Below, piece by piece: positions 24,119 through 33,162 of a stretch of DNA of 64,000 nt. Within the stretch, counting starts at the first letter, position 1, and every line of letters begins with the position of its first letter. The stretch covers positions 804,330 through 868,329 of the forward strand of contig JAXSNR010000001.1 in NCBI GenBank assembly GCA_037925075.1, written 5' to 3'. Below the pieces are notes generated by a model. It was given only the letters and a program-made list of their open reading frames with translations, was not told the origin of the DNA and did no database searches. The stretch comes from Aquificaceae bacterium (GTDB lineage: Bacteria; Aquificota; Aquificia; Aquificales; Aquificaceae). Both the position numbers and the translations under genes were made by a program.

Positions 24119-24375
24119 GACTCTATTGCCCTTCTGGCTTCCGCTTCATCGGGAACACCCACAAAGACCAGCGTCCCGTCAATTATGGTGGAGGGTACAG
24201 ACCTTACTATGAGCTTTTTTGCCCACATCCTACCCTCCGGCTGAGCCACATCAAGCACATCATACTTAAAGCCGTACTCGGATTGCAATTTTCTCCAAAG
24301 GGCATCCGCATCTGGACAGGTCGCACACCACTGAGAAACAAGCAAAATAACATGCTTGTCCTTCGCTGCCATCAT
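24115..24375 (-). CDS. Thioredoxin/glutaredoxin-like protein
   Basis: WCATCP (CxxC), RSVPSTIIDG (cis-Pro loop), FVGVP. Confidence 0.8.
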   Translation of the reverse strand: MMAAKDKHVILLVSQWCATCPDADALWRKLQSEYGFKYDVLDVAQPEGRMWAKKLIVRSVPSTIIDGTLVFVGVPDEAEARRAIES

Positions 24376-24851
24376 GTACACCTCATACAAATTATATCCC
24401 ATTCATCAATATACTTTCTCATCTCCTCTATGGCTTCCTTGCCATAGAGCAGGTCCTTTATATCCCTCTGAAGGTCAAAGGGCTTCATCTTAACTATCCA
24501 ACCCTCTCCATAGGGGTCGTAGTTTATTATATCAGGCTGTTCAAGTACCTTCTCGTTCCTATCAACCACTTCACCTTCTACCAGAGCGTTTATAGGACCA
24601 GCCCACTTTCCACTTTCTAAGGATGCAACAGGTTTTCCCTTTTGCACCACCTTTCCCACGTCTTTTATTCGGGCGTGCAGGAGCCTTCCAGCCCTCACTT
24701 GTCCCACATCTGTAAGACCCATGGTGACGGTGCCATCTTCATTTAACTTTACCCAAGTCTGGGTCTCTATCTCATAATAAAGGTCAAGAGGTACAACGCA
24801 TCCGTTGTATTCCCATTCGTTCTTGCTTTCCAGCCCCTGCACCATACCCAT
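24372..24851 (-). CDS. lbpA1: Lipoate-binding protein LbpA (GcvH-like), copy 1
   Basis: LESGKWAG, NYDPYGEGW, C-terminal CMRC. Confidence 0.85.
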   Translation of the reverse strand: MGMVQGLESKNEWEYNGCVVPLDLYYEIETQTWVKLNEDGTVTMGLTDVGQVRAGRLLHARIKDVGKVVQKGKPVASLESGKWAGPINALVEGEVVDRNEKVLEQPDIINYDPYGEGWIVKMKPFDLQRDIKDLLYGKEAIEEMRKYIDEWDIICMRCT

Positions 24852-24860
24852 AGCTTACTC

Positions 24861-25820
24861 CTATGCAAGCCCAAGTCTTTTGAGCACTGGTAGTGGGTCT
24901 GAGAGATTGTCCTTTAGCTTTACATCGCTTGCACTGTAGCCAAAGGCAAGCCCAAGAAGCTGTGTAAAGTATGCGGCGGGCACATCCACATCGGGGACAC
25001 CCTTCATCATAAGCCTATGGCGGTACATCTCAAGGGAGGCATGACAAAGGGGGCACTCTGTGGCTATTATGTCTGCACCGTTTCTCTTTGCGGTTTGTAG
25101 TATCATCATCACAAACTTTTCGGAAACCATCTCATCGGAGAGGGAGTGGGGTCCTCCACAGCACTGGGTATGCATGGGCTCAAACTCCACGCTTGTGGCA
25201 CCCGCAGCCTCAAGAAGAACGTTCATGTAATAGGGATGTTCATCGTCATCGGCGGTTTCCCTTCTTCTTGGTCTTGCCTCCTCATCCTGACCACCCGCGT
25301 GGGCGTAGGTTCTTGCATAAAAGTGGGGTCTTGTGTAAAGGCATCCGTAGTAGTTGGCAACCTTGAGACCCCTGAGGGGCTTTCTGGTTTTTTCCTTTAC
25401 CTTTTGGGGACCGCCCTCGTGGTAGAACCATTCCAGTATATGGTAGGTATGGGGTATTTGGTCAAGGGGTTCTAAGCCACCCTCTCTCAAAAGGGCATTG
25501 ACCTTTTCATAGACAGCCCTGTCTGTCTCGAGGAAGTATTCCGCCCTTTGAAGAGAAAAAGAACATCCGTTGCAAGGTGCCACAATGACGCTATGCCCTT
25601 GCTTTCTGGCAAGGAACATGTTTCTGGCGTTTAGAAGCATGGTGCCCATAAAGGTCACGTTCTTGGATTCCATGGCACCACAGCAGTTGTAATCCTCAAG
25701 ATAATCCAACTCAAGCCCAAGCTCCTTTGCCACTATCCTTGTGGAAACATCATAAGACCTTGCTGCACCTTCAAGGGAACAGCCCGGATAATATGCAACC
25801 CTTTTTCCTATCACACCCAT
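24861..25820 (-). CDS. shdrB2: sHdr subunit B2 (CCG domain)
   Basis: YYPGC, NCCGA, PCNGC, YYGC, QCCGG, ECPLC. Confidence 0.9.
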   Translation of the reverse strand: MGVIGKRVAYYPGCSLEGAARSYDVSTRIVAKELGLELDYLEDYNCCGAMESKNVTFMGTMLLNARNMFLARKQGHSVIVAPCNGCSFSLQRAEYFLETDRAVYEKVNALLREGGLEPLDQIPHTYHILEWFYHEGGPQKVKEKTRKPLRGLKVANYYGCLYTRPHFYARTYAHAGGQDEEARPRRRETADDDEHPYYMNVLLEAAGATSVEFEPMHTQCCGGPHSLSDEMVSEKFVMMILQTAKRNGADIIATECPLCHASLEMYRHRLMMKGVPDVDVPAAYFTQLLGLAFGYSASDVKLKDNLSDPLPVLKRLGLA

Positions 25821-25831
25821 GTTAAACCTCC

Positions 25832-26590
25832 TTAATGTAATGCTCCTTCTTCTTGCATAACCTTACGCAGGACCTGCTTAAACTTGTTCCAGTTTTTCGT
25901 TTTCGGATGGAAAAGCATATGCTTTGCGTTTAAGATAAGGAAGCCTATGTTCATAGACTTTATGGGCTTTACCGTTAACTGCTTTAGCCACTCGGGAGTT
26001 TCTCCTATGAAGGGTATGGGCTTTTTAAGTATGGGGTCTTTGAAGACCTTATAACCCTGCTTTTCTATCCATCCAAAGAGAAGCTCTCCGTCCTCTATCC
26101 TTCCGTACTCAAGCACCGATTCTGTAAAGAACTTGTCAAACTTTTTAGAAGGATACTCCTCAATAAGACCCTTCTTTGCCATCGTTCTGAGGATAGCCTT
26201 TAGGACCTCTTCCACAAGCACGCCCTTTGGACATCTGTGGGTGCACTTGTGGCAGGAAACGCATCTCCACATTACATCCGCACGTTTTTGAAGTTCATCT
26301 ATCATACCGAGCCTTGCAAGATATATAAAGTGCCTTGGGTTGTATCTTTCGTCCCAGTAGTTGTGCACCGGGCACGATGCGGTGCAGTAGGAGCATTGAT
26401 AGCACTGGTTTATAGTCTTGCCATCGGGTGAGTTTATGACCTCTTTGGCAAAGTCAAGGTCATAGTCCTGTATGACTCTGGGTAGGATTATAAGGTTCCA
26501 GTCCCCAGAGACATCAATACCGTCAATAACAAGCCTTTCCTTTCTTAGAACTCTTTCGGGCTCTACAAGGCTACGTTCATGTATTGCCAT
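25832..26590 (-). CDS. shdrC2: sHdr subunit C2 (two [4Fe-4S])
   Basis: CYQCSYCTASCP and CVSCHKCTHRCP. Confidence 0.9.
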   Translation of the reverse strand: MAIHERSLVEPERVLRKERLVIDGIDVSGDWNLIILPRVIQDYDLDFAKEVINSPDGKTINQCYQCSYCTASCPVHNYWDERYNPRHFIYLARLGMIDELQKRADVMWRCVSCHKCTHRCPKGVLVEEVLKAILRTMAKKGLIEEYPSKKFDKFFTESVLEYGRIEDGELLFGWIEKQGYKVFKDPILKKPIPFIGETPEWLKQLTVKPIKSMNIGFLILNAKHMLFHPKTKNWNKFKQVLRKVMQEEGALH

Positions 26591-26592
26591 GG

Positions 26593-27327
26593 TTATACCT
26601 CCAAAAGGTCTTCGTTTCTTACAACGCCAAGGAGCCTTCTTGCCATAACACCCGCGGGCGGGAAAAAGCCCTTGGCACTGTGCATGGTGGACAGGGTCAT
26701 GTAATCCACATAAGTTGCGTATATCATGGCAAGGAATATATCCACAAAGAGGTACCCTTTTACCTTTATACCAAAATCAAGAAGCTTTTCCTGAACCTGT
26801 TTGTATATCTGCTCAAATTCTTCGTAGGTTTCACCGTACATGCTCTTCTTTGGTGGCTCTTCCTTCAGAAAGACCACAGCTCCGCTTTCGCTTTCTGGGT
26901 CCCATATCCAGCTTGTCCAAAGCACATATTGCTCCGGAAAGGTAAAGTGAAGTATCTCGCTTGCCATATCCCTTGCAAACTTCCTGTCCACACCCCTTAT
27001 CTCCTTTACAAACCCCTCTACCCTCTCTTCCCAGCTTTGGGCTTTCCCGTACAAAAGGTCGCTTATGGCTCTCTTGAGCCTGTCTACACCCGTTTCTTGG
27101 ATGATCTTCTTTTTCCTTCTTCTTGAAGGAAACATCTTCTCAAGAACAAGCTCAAGGTCTTCTTCCGTCAGAGAGGGTAGCTTTTCCTTTGAAAAGGCCT
27201 GTTGGAAAAGGAGAGACTTGGCGAGGAGGTCTTTGTAAAAGTCTTGCACAAACTCCTCGCCTTCTCCGAGGATCTTTATCAGGTAATCCCTAACCAGAAA
27301 GTCATCAAGAGCAACGGGTTTTTTCAT
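26593..27327 (-). CDS. shdrH: sHdr-associated conserved protein (sHdrH/Hyp)
   Basis: Canonical position between hdrA and hdrC2; ASEILHFTFPEQYVLWTSWIWD. Confidence 0.75.
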   Translation of the reverse strand: MKKPVALDDFLVRDYLIKILGEGEEFVQDFYKDLLAKSLLFQQAFSKEKLPSLTEEDLELVLEKMFPSRRRKKKIIQETGVDRLKRAISDLLYGKAQSWEERVEGFVKEIRGVDRKFARDMASEILHFTFPEQYVLWTSWIWDPESESGAVVFLKEEPPKKSMYGETYEEFEQIYKQVQEKLLDFGIKVKGYLFVDIFLAMIYATYVDYMTLSTMHSAKGFFPPAGVMARRLLGVVRNEDLLEV

Positions 27328-28382
27328 ACCGCCACCTTTGCACCGAGAAATGCTGCAGCTTCTGCGGCAGCCGCCTCACCTTCTGATAAGGAAGACTCTA
27401 TGTCTATGGGACCTTTGCAGGCACCCGCTATGAATATGCCGGGCTTGTTGGATACAATGTTAGAGCCAGACTCTTCGGAGGGTATAAGAAACTGGCTGTC
27501 GGGGTCCTGAGCAAGGCCGAGGATTTTGGCAACCTTCTTAGTACCCGGTGAGGGCTCCATTCCAAGCACAAGCACCACCAAGTCCATGGGTACCTCTGAA
27601 GGCCTTTGAACTATAGTGTCCTCATGCTTGACCCTCAGCCTTCCGTCCGCCGGGCTGTAGGTGATCTCCGCAATCCTTCCCCTTACATACCTGACACCAT
27701 ACTGTTCCTGAGGAGCCCAGTAGAAGGGATATTCCCATGTGCCGTAGGTCCTAACATCCATGTAGTAGCAGAAAACATCCACATCTGGATAGTGCTCCCT
27801 TATTTCTGAACCTTGTAAGCCAGAAAGGGCACAGCCGTACCTACAGCAATGCACGTTTGTCACGCCTAGCTGTCTATCTCTGGAACCCACACAAAAGACA
27901 AAGGCGACCCTCTTGGGAAGCTGTCCGTTGGAAGGTCTGTAAAGCCTGCCCTCTTGGGAGAACATTCTTTCCAGTTCAAGGTTTGTGATCACATCGGGGT
28001 AAAGTCCGTAGCCGAGCTCTCCCTTTCTCCTTGGGTCAAAATGCTCAAAGCCCGTGGCAACTACAATGGCACCCACTTCATGCTTTTCACCATTGGAAAG
28101 GCTTACCTTGTATGCTCCGGGTTCTCCTTCACAGGCGGTAAGCTCAGTGTTCAAAAGCACCTTAACGTTTGGATTTTGCTCCACCTCCTTTATGTAAGGA
28201 CCTATCACCTGGGAGGGCTTTAGTTTTCTTGGTATGAGGGTGTGGTAGTGGTTTTTGATGGGGTTCCCACCCAGCTGACTGTCCTTCTCCACAAGTATGG
28301 TGGATACTCCAAGCCTTCCCAAAGCTCTTGCAGCAGCAAGTCCTGCAGGGCCACCACCTATCACTAATACGCTCTTGGCCAT
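27324..28382 (-). CDS. shdrA: sHdr flavoprotein subunit A
   Basis: IGGGPAG, VATGF, FCVGSRD...HCCRYGC, YYMDVR, AGACKGPIDI; short HdrA lacking the ferredoxin domains. Confidence 0.92.
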   Translation of the reverse strand: MAKSVLVIGGGPAGLAAARALGRLGVSTILVEKDSQLGGNPIKNHYHTLIPRKLKPSQVIGPYIKEVEQNPNVKVLLNTELTACEGEPGAYKVSLSNGEKHEVGAIVVATGFEHFDPRRKGELGYGLYPDVITNLELERMFSQEGRLYRPSNGQLPKRVAFVFCVGSRDRQLGVTNVHCCRYGCALSGLQGSEIREHYPDVDVFCYYMDVRTYGTWEYPFYWAPQEQYGVRYVRGRIAEITYSPADGRLRVKHEDTIVQRPSEVPMDLVVLVLGMEPSPGTKKVAKILGLAQDPDSQFLIPSEESGSNIVSNKPGIFIAGACKGPIDIESSLSEGEAAAAEAAAFLGAKVAV

Positions 28383-28408
28383 GTTAAACCTCCTTTAATT
28401 GTTCTTAA

Positions 28409-28423
28409 GGGGGCAAAGCCCCC
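28409..28423 (-). terminator. Intra-operon GC hairpin between shdrB1 and shdrA
   Basis: GGGGGC-AAA-GCCCCC perfect 6-bp stem; weak U-tail on the minus strand. Confidence 0.4.
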
Positions 28424-28432
28424 AGAAAAAGC

Positions 28433-29785
28433 TTAGGACTTAAACAACGGCATGTTGGCAGTTGCGGAAGCCTTTGGCTTGCCAGTGGAGGTTTTGCTGT
28501 AGGGTTCATAAAGGTCGTACTCCTTGAAGAACTCCATAAGCTCATCGTACTTTCCAGCCTTTTCCAAGTCCGCAATGTATTTGACCGCATCTTCCCACTC
28601 TTTCTTGAGCTCTCTCCAGTTGGTTATACCCATCTTTTCAAGCAAGGGTTCGTAGTTGGAGCAGTTCCAGTAGAGCTGGACCACCTTAAAGGGATGCGCA
28701 CCACAGGCAAGGGCGGAAAACATTACATCGGACATAACCGCAACAGGATGGTACATGCCATGAGCTTTTCCTATCCACTGGTTCTTCTCAAAGGTGGTGG
28801 TGCAACCCGTATCGTGGGTCACTATAAGGTCCGCCTTTATCTCTTCTGCGATAACCTTAAGCTTTCTTTGTATAGCAAAGGACCTTGTGAATTCTCTCTC
28901 GGTAAGTATGTGCCTAAAGCCAAAGCCACAGCAGTCGTACCATGTGGAGTAATCTACCACTTGAGCACCAAGGGCCTTTACCACCGCGGCGGAAGCTGCG
29001 GGCCTTTGGCCGTTGTAAACCTCTGGGTCATAGGGATAATCATCCGCGATCATCTTGTAGGTGTGGCAAGCGTTGTGTATGGCAACCCTTACGTTAGAAA
29101 CGTCTATTCCCTTTGCCTTTCCTTCCTTCTCATAAAGCTCCTTTATCCTATACCTCATGGCGTGTACCCACTCAGAGTAGTGGACCACCTCCTGAGGTAT
29201 AACTATCCTTCCATCTTCCGTTAGCCTTCCAAGCTTTTTGAGTATGGGCTTTACAGCATCTCTGAGTTCCTTGTTCATTATGAGCTGTTCCCTTGTTTCC
29301 TTGTAGGAGCCAAAGGATGTTCCGCAGTGGATGAGCGGATAGTAGCCCGTTTTCCATGCTTGATGCATGTTTCTAAGCCAAACCGCTGCCAGAGCAACGG
29401 GGTTAGAAGTGCCAGAGCCGTGGTAGTTCCATGCGGTGCAAGAAGTTTGATGGGGTTCGTTAAGGTAATCAAGGCCAAACTTGTTCATAAACCAGAAAAC
29501 TGAGGCAGGGTATCCGGGGATGTTTCCACACTGACCGCAGGACTTGTGGTGCCATAGCTTGTTGGTGGGTATGGTTTTTATTCTTCCTGTCCTTGTGAAT
29601 ACCTCTATAGGCTGATGCTCTTCGGTGATCCTGTGTATGAGAATTTCACCTTTGGCTTCAAGCTCTTCCATCATCTCAAAGATATGATCGTAGTGGGCGC
29701 TGTACTCTTTGAGTGGGAAGGGTGGCTCTTTTGGATATCTCAAAAGGCCTCCGGGGCTGTTATGTCCAAAGCCATGCTTTGCCAT
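28433..29785 (-). CDS. shdrB1: sHdr subunit B1
   Basis: HKSCGQC, QTSCTAW, HCGT, HNACH, DCCGFGF, DTGC. Confidence 0.9.
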   Translation of the reverse strand: MAKHGFGHNSPGGLLRYPKEPPFPLKEYSAHYDHIFEMMEELEAKGEILIHRITEEHQPIEVFTRTGRIKTIPTNKLWHHKSCGQCGNIPGYPASVFWFMNKFGLDYLNEPHQTSCTAWNYHGSGTSNPVALAAVWLRNMHQAWKTGYYPLIHCGTSFGSYKETREQLIMNKELRDAVKPILKKLGRLTEDGRIVIPQEVVHYSEWVHAMRYRIKELYEKEGKAKGIDVSNVRVAIHNACHTYKMIADDYPYDPEVYNGQRPAASAAVVKALGAQVVDYSTWYDCCGFGFRHILTEREFTRSFAIQRKLKVIAEEIKADLIVTHDTGCTTTFEKNQWIGKAHGMYHPVAVMSDVMFSALACGAHPFKVVQLYWNCSNYEPLLEKMGITNWRELKKEWEDAVKYIADLEKAGKYDELMEFFKEYDLYEPYSKTSTGKPKASATANMPLFKS

Positions 29786-29831
29786 GATTACACCTCCTTA
29801 GTTTTTTGGGGCACTTACCCCTTTTGTTAGC

Positions 29832-30560
29832 TTACTCTTCTTCCTCATAAAGCTCCTCATACCTTTCCTCGTTTTCTTCCACTATGTCCATTATGACGTT
29901 ATAGAGGTTGGGGTCAAGCTTTTCAAGCATTTCAAATATGCCCGTCTCTCTCCATATGGTGTACATCTCAATGGCGGTCTCAAGGGAAACTTCCCATGCG
30001 GTTTTGACAGACTTGCCCACATCAAAGGGTATGGCAAGCCTTTTTGCCCTGAGGTTTTCCATGTTGTCCGCCATCTTGGGTCCCCAGTCGGGGAAAAAGT
30101 CAGGCTGAAGCATATCTGCAGAAAGCTGGTTTCCTGTGGTCATAACCTTGAGAAGAACTCTTCCGTAGGGCTTAAGAAGGTCCTTCGTGGCTTCAAAGGC
30201 ATTACGCACCGCCACCTCTCTCATTATGGCAACAAGACCACCGGGATTGTTTACAAAGGGGCATCTTATCCAACAGGTAAAACACTGAGAACATGCCCAG
30301 ATGTACTCATGCATCATATCGTAGAGCACTTCCACATCCTCTTCTAAGAACCTCTGCACTATCTCCCTTGGGGAATAATCGAAAAACCTGTTGGAGGGAC
30401 AGGATGCGGTGCAAACACCGCAGTTAAGACAGCCAAAGATGTATTCCTTAAACCTAAAATCAGATTTTACCTCCTCCACTATGCGAACCTTTTCCTCCCA
30501 AGGCACCGCCTTGGTCTTCTCCGATATGGGGAGGTTGTATCCATAAATATGTCCATCCAT
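29832..30560 (-). CDS. shdrC1: sHdr subunit C1
   Basis: CLNCGVCTASCP and CSQCFTCWIRCP. Confidence 0.9.
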   Translation of the reverse strand: MDGHIYGYNLPISEKTKAVPWEEKVRIVEEVKSDFRFKEYIFGCLNCGVCTASCPSNRFFDYSPREIVQRFLEEDVEVLYDMMHEYIWACSQCFTCWIRCPFVNNPGGLVAIMREVAVRNAFEATKDLLKPYGRVLLKVMTTGNQLSADMLQPDFFPDWGPKMADNMENLRAKRLAIPFDVGKSVKTAWEVSLETAIEMYTIWRETGIFEMLEKLDPNLYNVIMDIVEENEERYEELYEEEE

Positions 30561-30695
30561 GATGAACCTCCTTAAGATTTGCTTACCTCTATAAAGGTAT
30601 GGTGCACATGATAAAAGTCAATTAAATTTTGCTTATGTATATATAAGAATAGACTTATGTGTGGATACTCAAAAAAGGGGGAGATGCGAAAAGTC

Positions 30696-31112
30696 TTAGA
30701 GGGTAAGCACCGCATACTCACCACTCATAAGCTTGTCAAGAAATGCTGCACCGCCTATTATACCGTCGCAAAGCTCGGGGTTTACATCTTCCTTTTTGTA
30801 TATATCTGTAAGGTCGAGGGATGGCACGCATAGGTATATCTTCACTCCAGCATCCTTTGCCATCTTTATAAAGTCGTATATGGTCTGTTCTACACCCGGA
30901 CGAACCTTTACTTTTTTTGCGTTGTCCCGCATAAGCAAAAAGCCGGCTTCTGAGGTTATAACCATCTCCACCTCATAATCCATAGTGGTGGCTGCGGTCG
31001 CAAGGAAGAAGGGGGCACCTGCTTGAGGGTTGATAAGCTCTCCTGTTGTGGGTTCTGCCCTTTCAAAGAAGGGAACGGTTAGAATGTAGAAAAGTACCTT
31101 TTCGTATGACAT
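30696..31112 (-). CDS. DsrE3-family sulfurtransferase
   Basis: APFFLATAATTMDYEVEM...GVKIYLCVPS...IIGGAAF. Confidence 0.8.
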   Translation of the reverse strand: MSYEKVLFYILTVPFFERAEPTTGELINPQAGAPFFLATAATTMDYEVEMVITSEAGFLLMRDNAKKVKVRPGVEQTIYDFIKMAKDAGVKIYLCVPSLDLTDIYKKEDVNPELCDGIIGGAAFLDKLMSGEYAVLTL

Positions 31113-31123
31113 ATCTATCCTCC

Positions 31124-31657
31124 TTAGACAAAGATTATCATGGGTTTGTCCGCTTCAAGCACATAGTTCATAAAAGTAGCTGCACCTGCGGGAGGTTCAA
31201 GCCCATCTATAAGGTCTTCATACTTGTAGCCAAAGAGTTCCATGGTCATCTGACAGGGTATAAGCTTTACATCCGCTTCCTTGCAAGCTTCTATAAGCTC
31301 TGGTATATCCGCCACTCCGTGCTCCTTTATGGTCTTTTTCATCATAAAGCTCATCAGGTCCGTCATGCCTGGAATTATGCCCATTATCTGGGGTGGTCCG
31401 GGAAATATGGAGGATATGGCGTTGGTCAACGGGTTTTGCATAGAAGGTGGAAAGGCCATAGGCATGGCTGGGTTTCCTATGGGTGCAATCTTGAGCTCGT
31501 GCATCTTCTTTTTATGGATTATGTTAAGCCCGTAGAAGGTGAAGAATACCGCAGTCTCTATTCCAAGAGAGGCGGCGGTTGAGGCAAGTATAAGAGGAGG
31601 ATATGCCATATCAAGGGTGCCCTTTGTAGATATTATGGCAAGTCTTTCCGTAGCCAT
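31124..31657 (-). CDS. dsrE2: DsrE2-family sulfurtransferase
   Basis: KGTLDMAYPPLILASTAA, FFTFYGL, IPCQMTM, AGAATF. Confidence 0.85.
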   Translation of the reverse strand: MATERLAIISTKGTLDMAYPPLILASTAASLGIETAVFFTFYGLNIIHKKKMHELKIAPIGNPAMPMAFPPSMQNPLTNAISSIFPGPPQIMGIIPGMTDLMSFMMKKTIKEHGVADIPELIEACKEADVKLIPCQMTMELFGYKYEDLIDGLEPPAGAATFMNYVLEADKPMIIFV

Positions 31658-31669
31658 TTTTATCCCTCC

Positions 31670-31906
31670 TTATTTTTTCTTGAGGTAGAAAATTATCTTT
31701 CCTCCCTCTTCTACCGTTTCAAGAAGTTGGTGTCCTGTCCTGTTGCAAAAGGCTGGTATGTCTGCCTTTGCTCCTGGGTCTGTGGTTATTACCTCGAGGA
31801 TCTGTCCAGATTGAAGTTCTTCCATAGCCTTTTTAGTTTTAAGAACTGGCAAAGGACAGTTAAGGCCAGATGCATCAAGGGTTTTGTCTGGTGTTATGGT
31901 TGCCAT
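31670..31906 (-). CDS. tusA: Sulfur carrier TusA (sHdr-linked)
   Basis: LDASGLNCPLPVLKTKKA, TDPGA. Confidence 0.92.
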   Translation of the reverse strand: MATITPDKTLDASGLNCPLPVLKTKKAMEELQSGQILEVITTDPGAKADIPAFCNRTGHQLLETVEEGGKIIFYLKKK

Positions 31907-31987
31907 CTCATACACCTCCTGGGTAAGATTATCCTCATATTATAAATCTCCAGCATTGGGTATGCCATTAATAATTATGATGAATAT

Positions 31988-32004
31988 TATAAGTTTTCCT
32001 TATA
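31988..32004. promoter_or_regulatory. LysR-type palindromic operator upstream of tusA
   Basis: TATAAG-TTTTC-CTTATA (T-N11-A core). Confidence 0.55.
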
Positions 32005-33147
32005 TCAATGCTTGAGCCAAAGCACATCAGATACAAGACATACTCCCCCAACCTTTTTAAGAAGTAGCCTAAGGCTTTCCGCTATCTTGTAGGCGGTTTC
32101 TTCGGAGCACACGGTAAACACGTAGCTGTTTTTGAAAACGTCTGTGAGCTCATCACCAGCCATTATGCCCCTTTCTCCCTTTCCCAGAACGTCTCTTATA
32201 ACCGTATAACCGGAGACCTGAGCCCTCTCTAAAACATCGAGCACCTTGTTGAGGTGTATGCTGTCAATAAGGCTCGGGTTTGCTTCGGGAACGGAAAGCC
32301 TCATAGCAGCAGGAACCGCAATGTAGGAAGCACTGGCACATAAAATGGAAAACATAAAGGCATCGCCCTTAGCTAAACCAAAGGCTTTTGCAAGAAGTAT
32401 GCCAACAAAGGCATTAAGCACCGGCACAAGCACACCAAAGGCTATAAGGAAAAGCCCTACCTTTTTTATTTCTCCAAGCCTACGGCCCGCTACTATGCCC
32501 ATATCCAGCAAGAAGAAGGCAAGCATGCCCTTAAAGAGGTTGCCAAAAAGCGGGTCCATAGCCTTCCAACCCTTTTCACCTGTCAGAAAACCTATTAGAA
32601 GCGTTCCCATAAGGATGTAAACGGAAGGATTAAGAAAGGCTTCTCTGAAAATCTCAGACCAGTTTACCCCAGAATTGTTGTTTCTCTTTGCAAAAAGTGT
32701 TAAAAGCAAAAGCCCAATTACAATGGCGGGGGATTCCATAAGGGTCATACCCGCAACCATATATCCTCCATAAGTTTCTCCTAAGCTATTCAGAAAGGAG
32801 CCTGCGGTTATAAAAGTGACCGCACTTATGGAGCCGTAGGTGGCAGCTATGGCAACGGAGTTGTAAACATCCAACTTCAGCCTAAGAAGTAAAAAGGTGT
32901 ATATGGGCACTACAACCGCCATTAGAATGGCAAGGAAAAGAACCTTTAGCACATCGATGGTTATACCACTTTTTGAAAGCTCATAACCTCCATGAAGACC
33001 TATGGCTATAAGAAGGTAAAGGGAGAAGAGTTTGGGCAAAGGTTGAGGTACTTCAAGCTCCGTCTTTAAAAGCACTGCACCAAGCCCAAGAAGAAACATA
33101 AGAACGGGCGGATTGAGTACATTCTGCAGGAGCAATTCAAAGCCCAT
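32005..33147 (-). CDS. sbtA: SbtA-family Na+/bicarbonate transporter fused in frame to an N-terminally truncated SbtB (PII-like); possibly a pseudogene
   Basis: SbtA motifs (YLLIAIGLHGG, YGSISAVTF, MESPAI, FLLDMG, SASYIAVPAAMR...ANPSL) run directly into SbtB-like IDSIHLNKVL...SGYTVIRDVLGKGERG...GGVCLVSD; junction near 32268/32269. Confidence 0.8.
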   Translation of the reverse strand: MGFELLLQNVLNPPVLMFLLGLGAVLLKTELEVPQPLPKLFSLYLLIAIGLHGGYELSKSGITIDVLKVLFLAILMAVVVPIYTFLLLRLKLDVYNSVAIAATYGSISAVTFITAGSFLNSLGETYGGYMVAGMTLMESPAIVIGLLLLTLFAKRNNNSGVNWSEIFREAFLNPSVYILMGTLLIGFLTGEKGWKAMDPLFGNLFKGMLAFFLLDMGIVAGRRLGEIKKVGLFLIAFGVLVPVLNAFVGILLAKAFGLAKGDAFMFSILCASASYIAVPAAMRLSVPEANPSLIDSIHLNKVLDVLERAQVSGYTVIRDVLGKGERGIMAGDELTDVFKNSYVFTVCSEETAYKIAESLRLLLKKVGGVCLVSDVLWLKH

Positions 33148-33162
33148 TTTACCCTCCTTAGA

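Noticed and set aside
24861..30560. Methanogen-type HdrABC or a glycine cleavage system
   Set aside because: The C1-B1-A-H-C2-B2 order with tusA/dsrE and ESGKW-type LbpA, and the absence of mvhD or gcvP/gcvT, identify the sulfur-oxidising sHdr.
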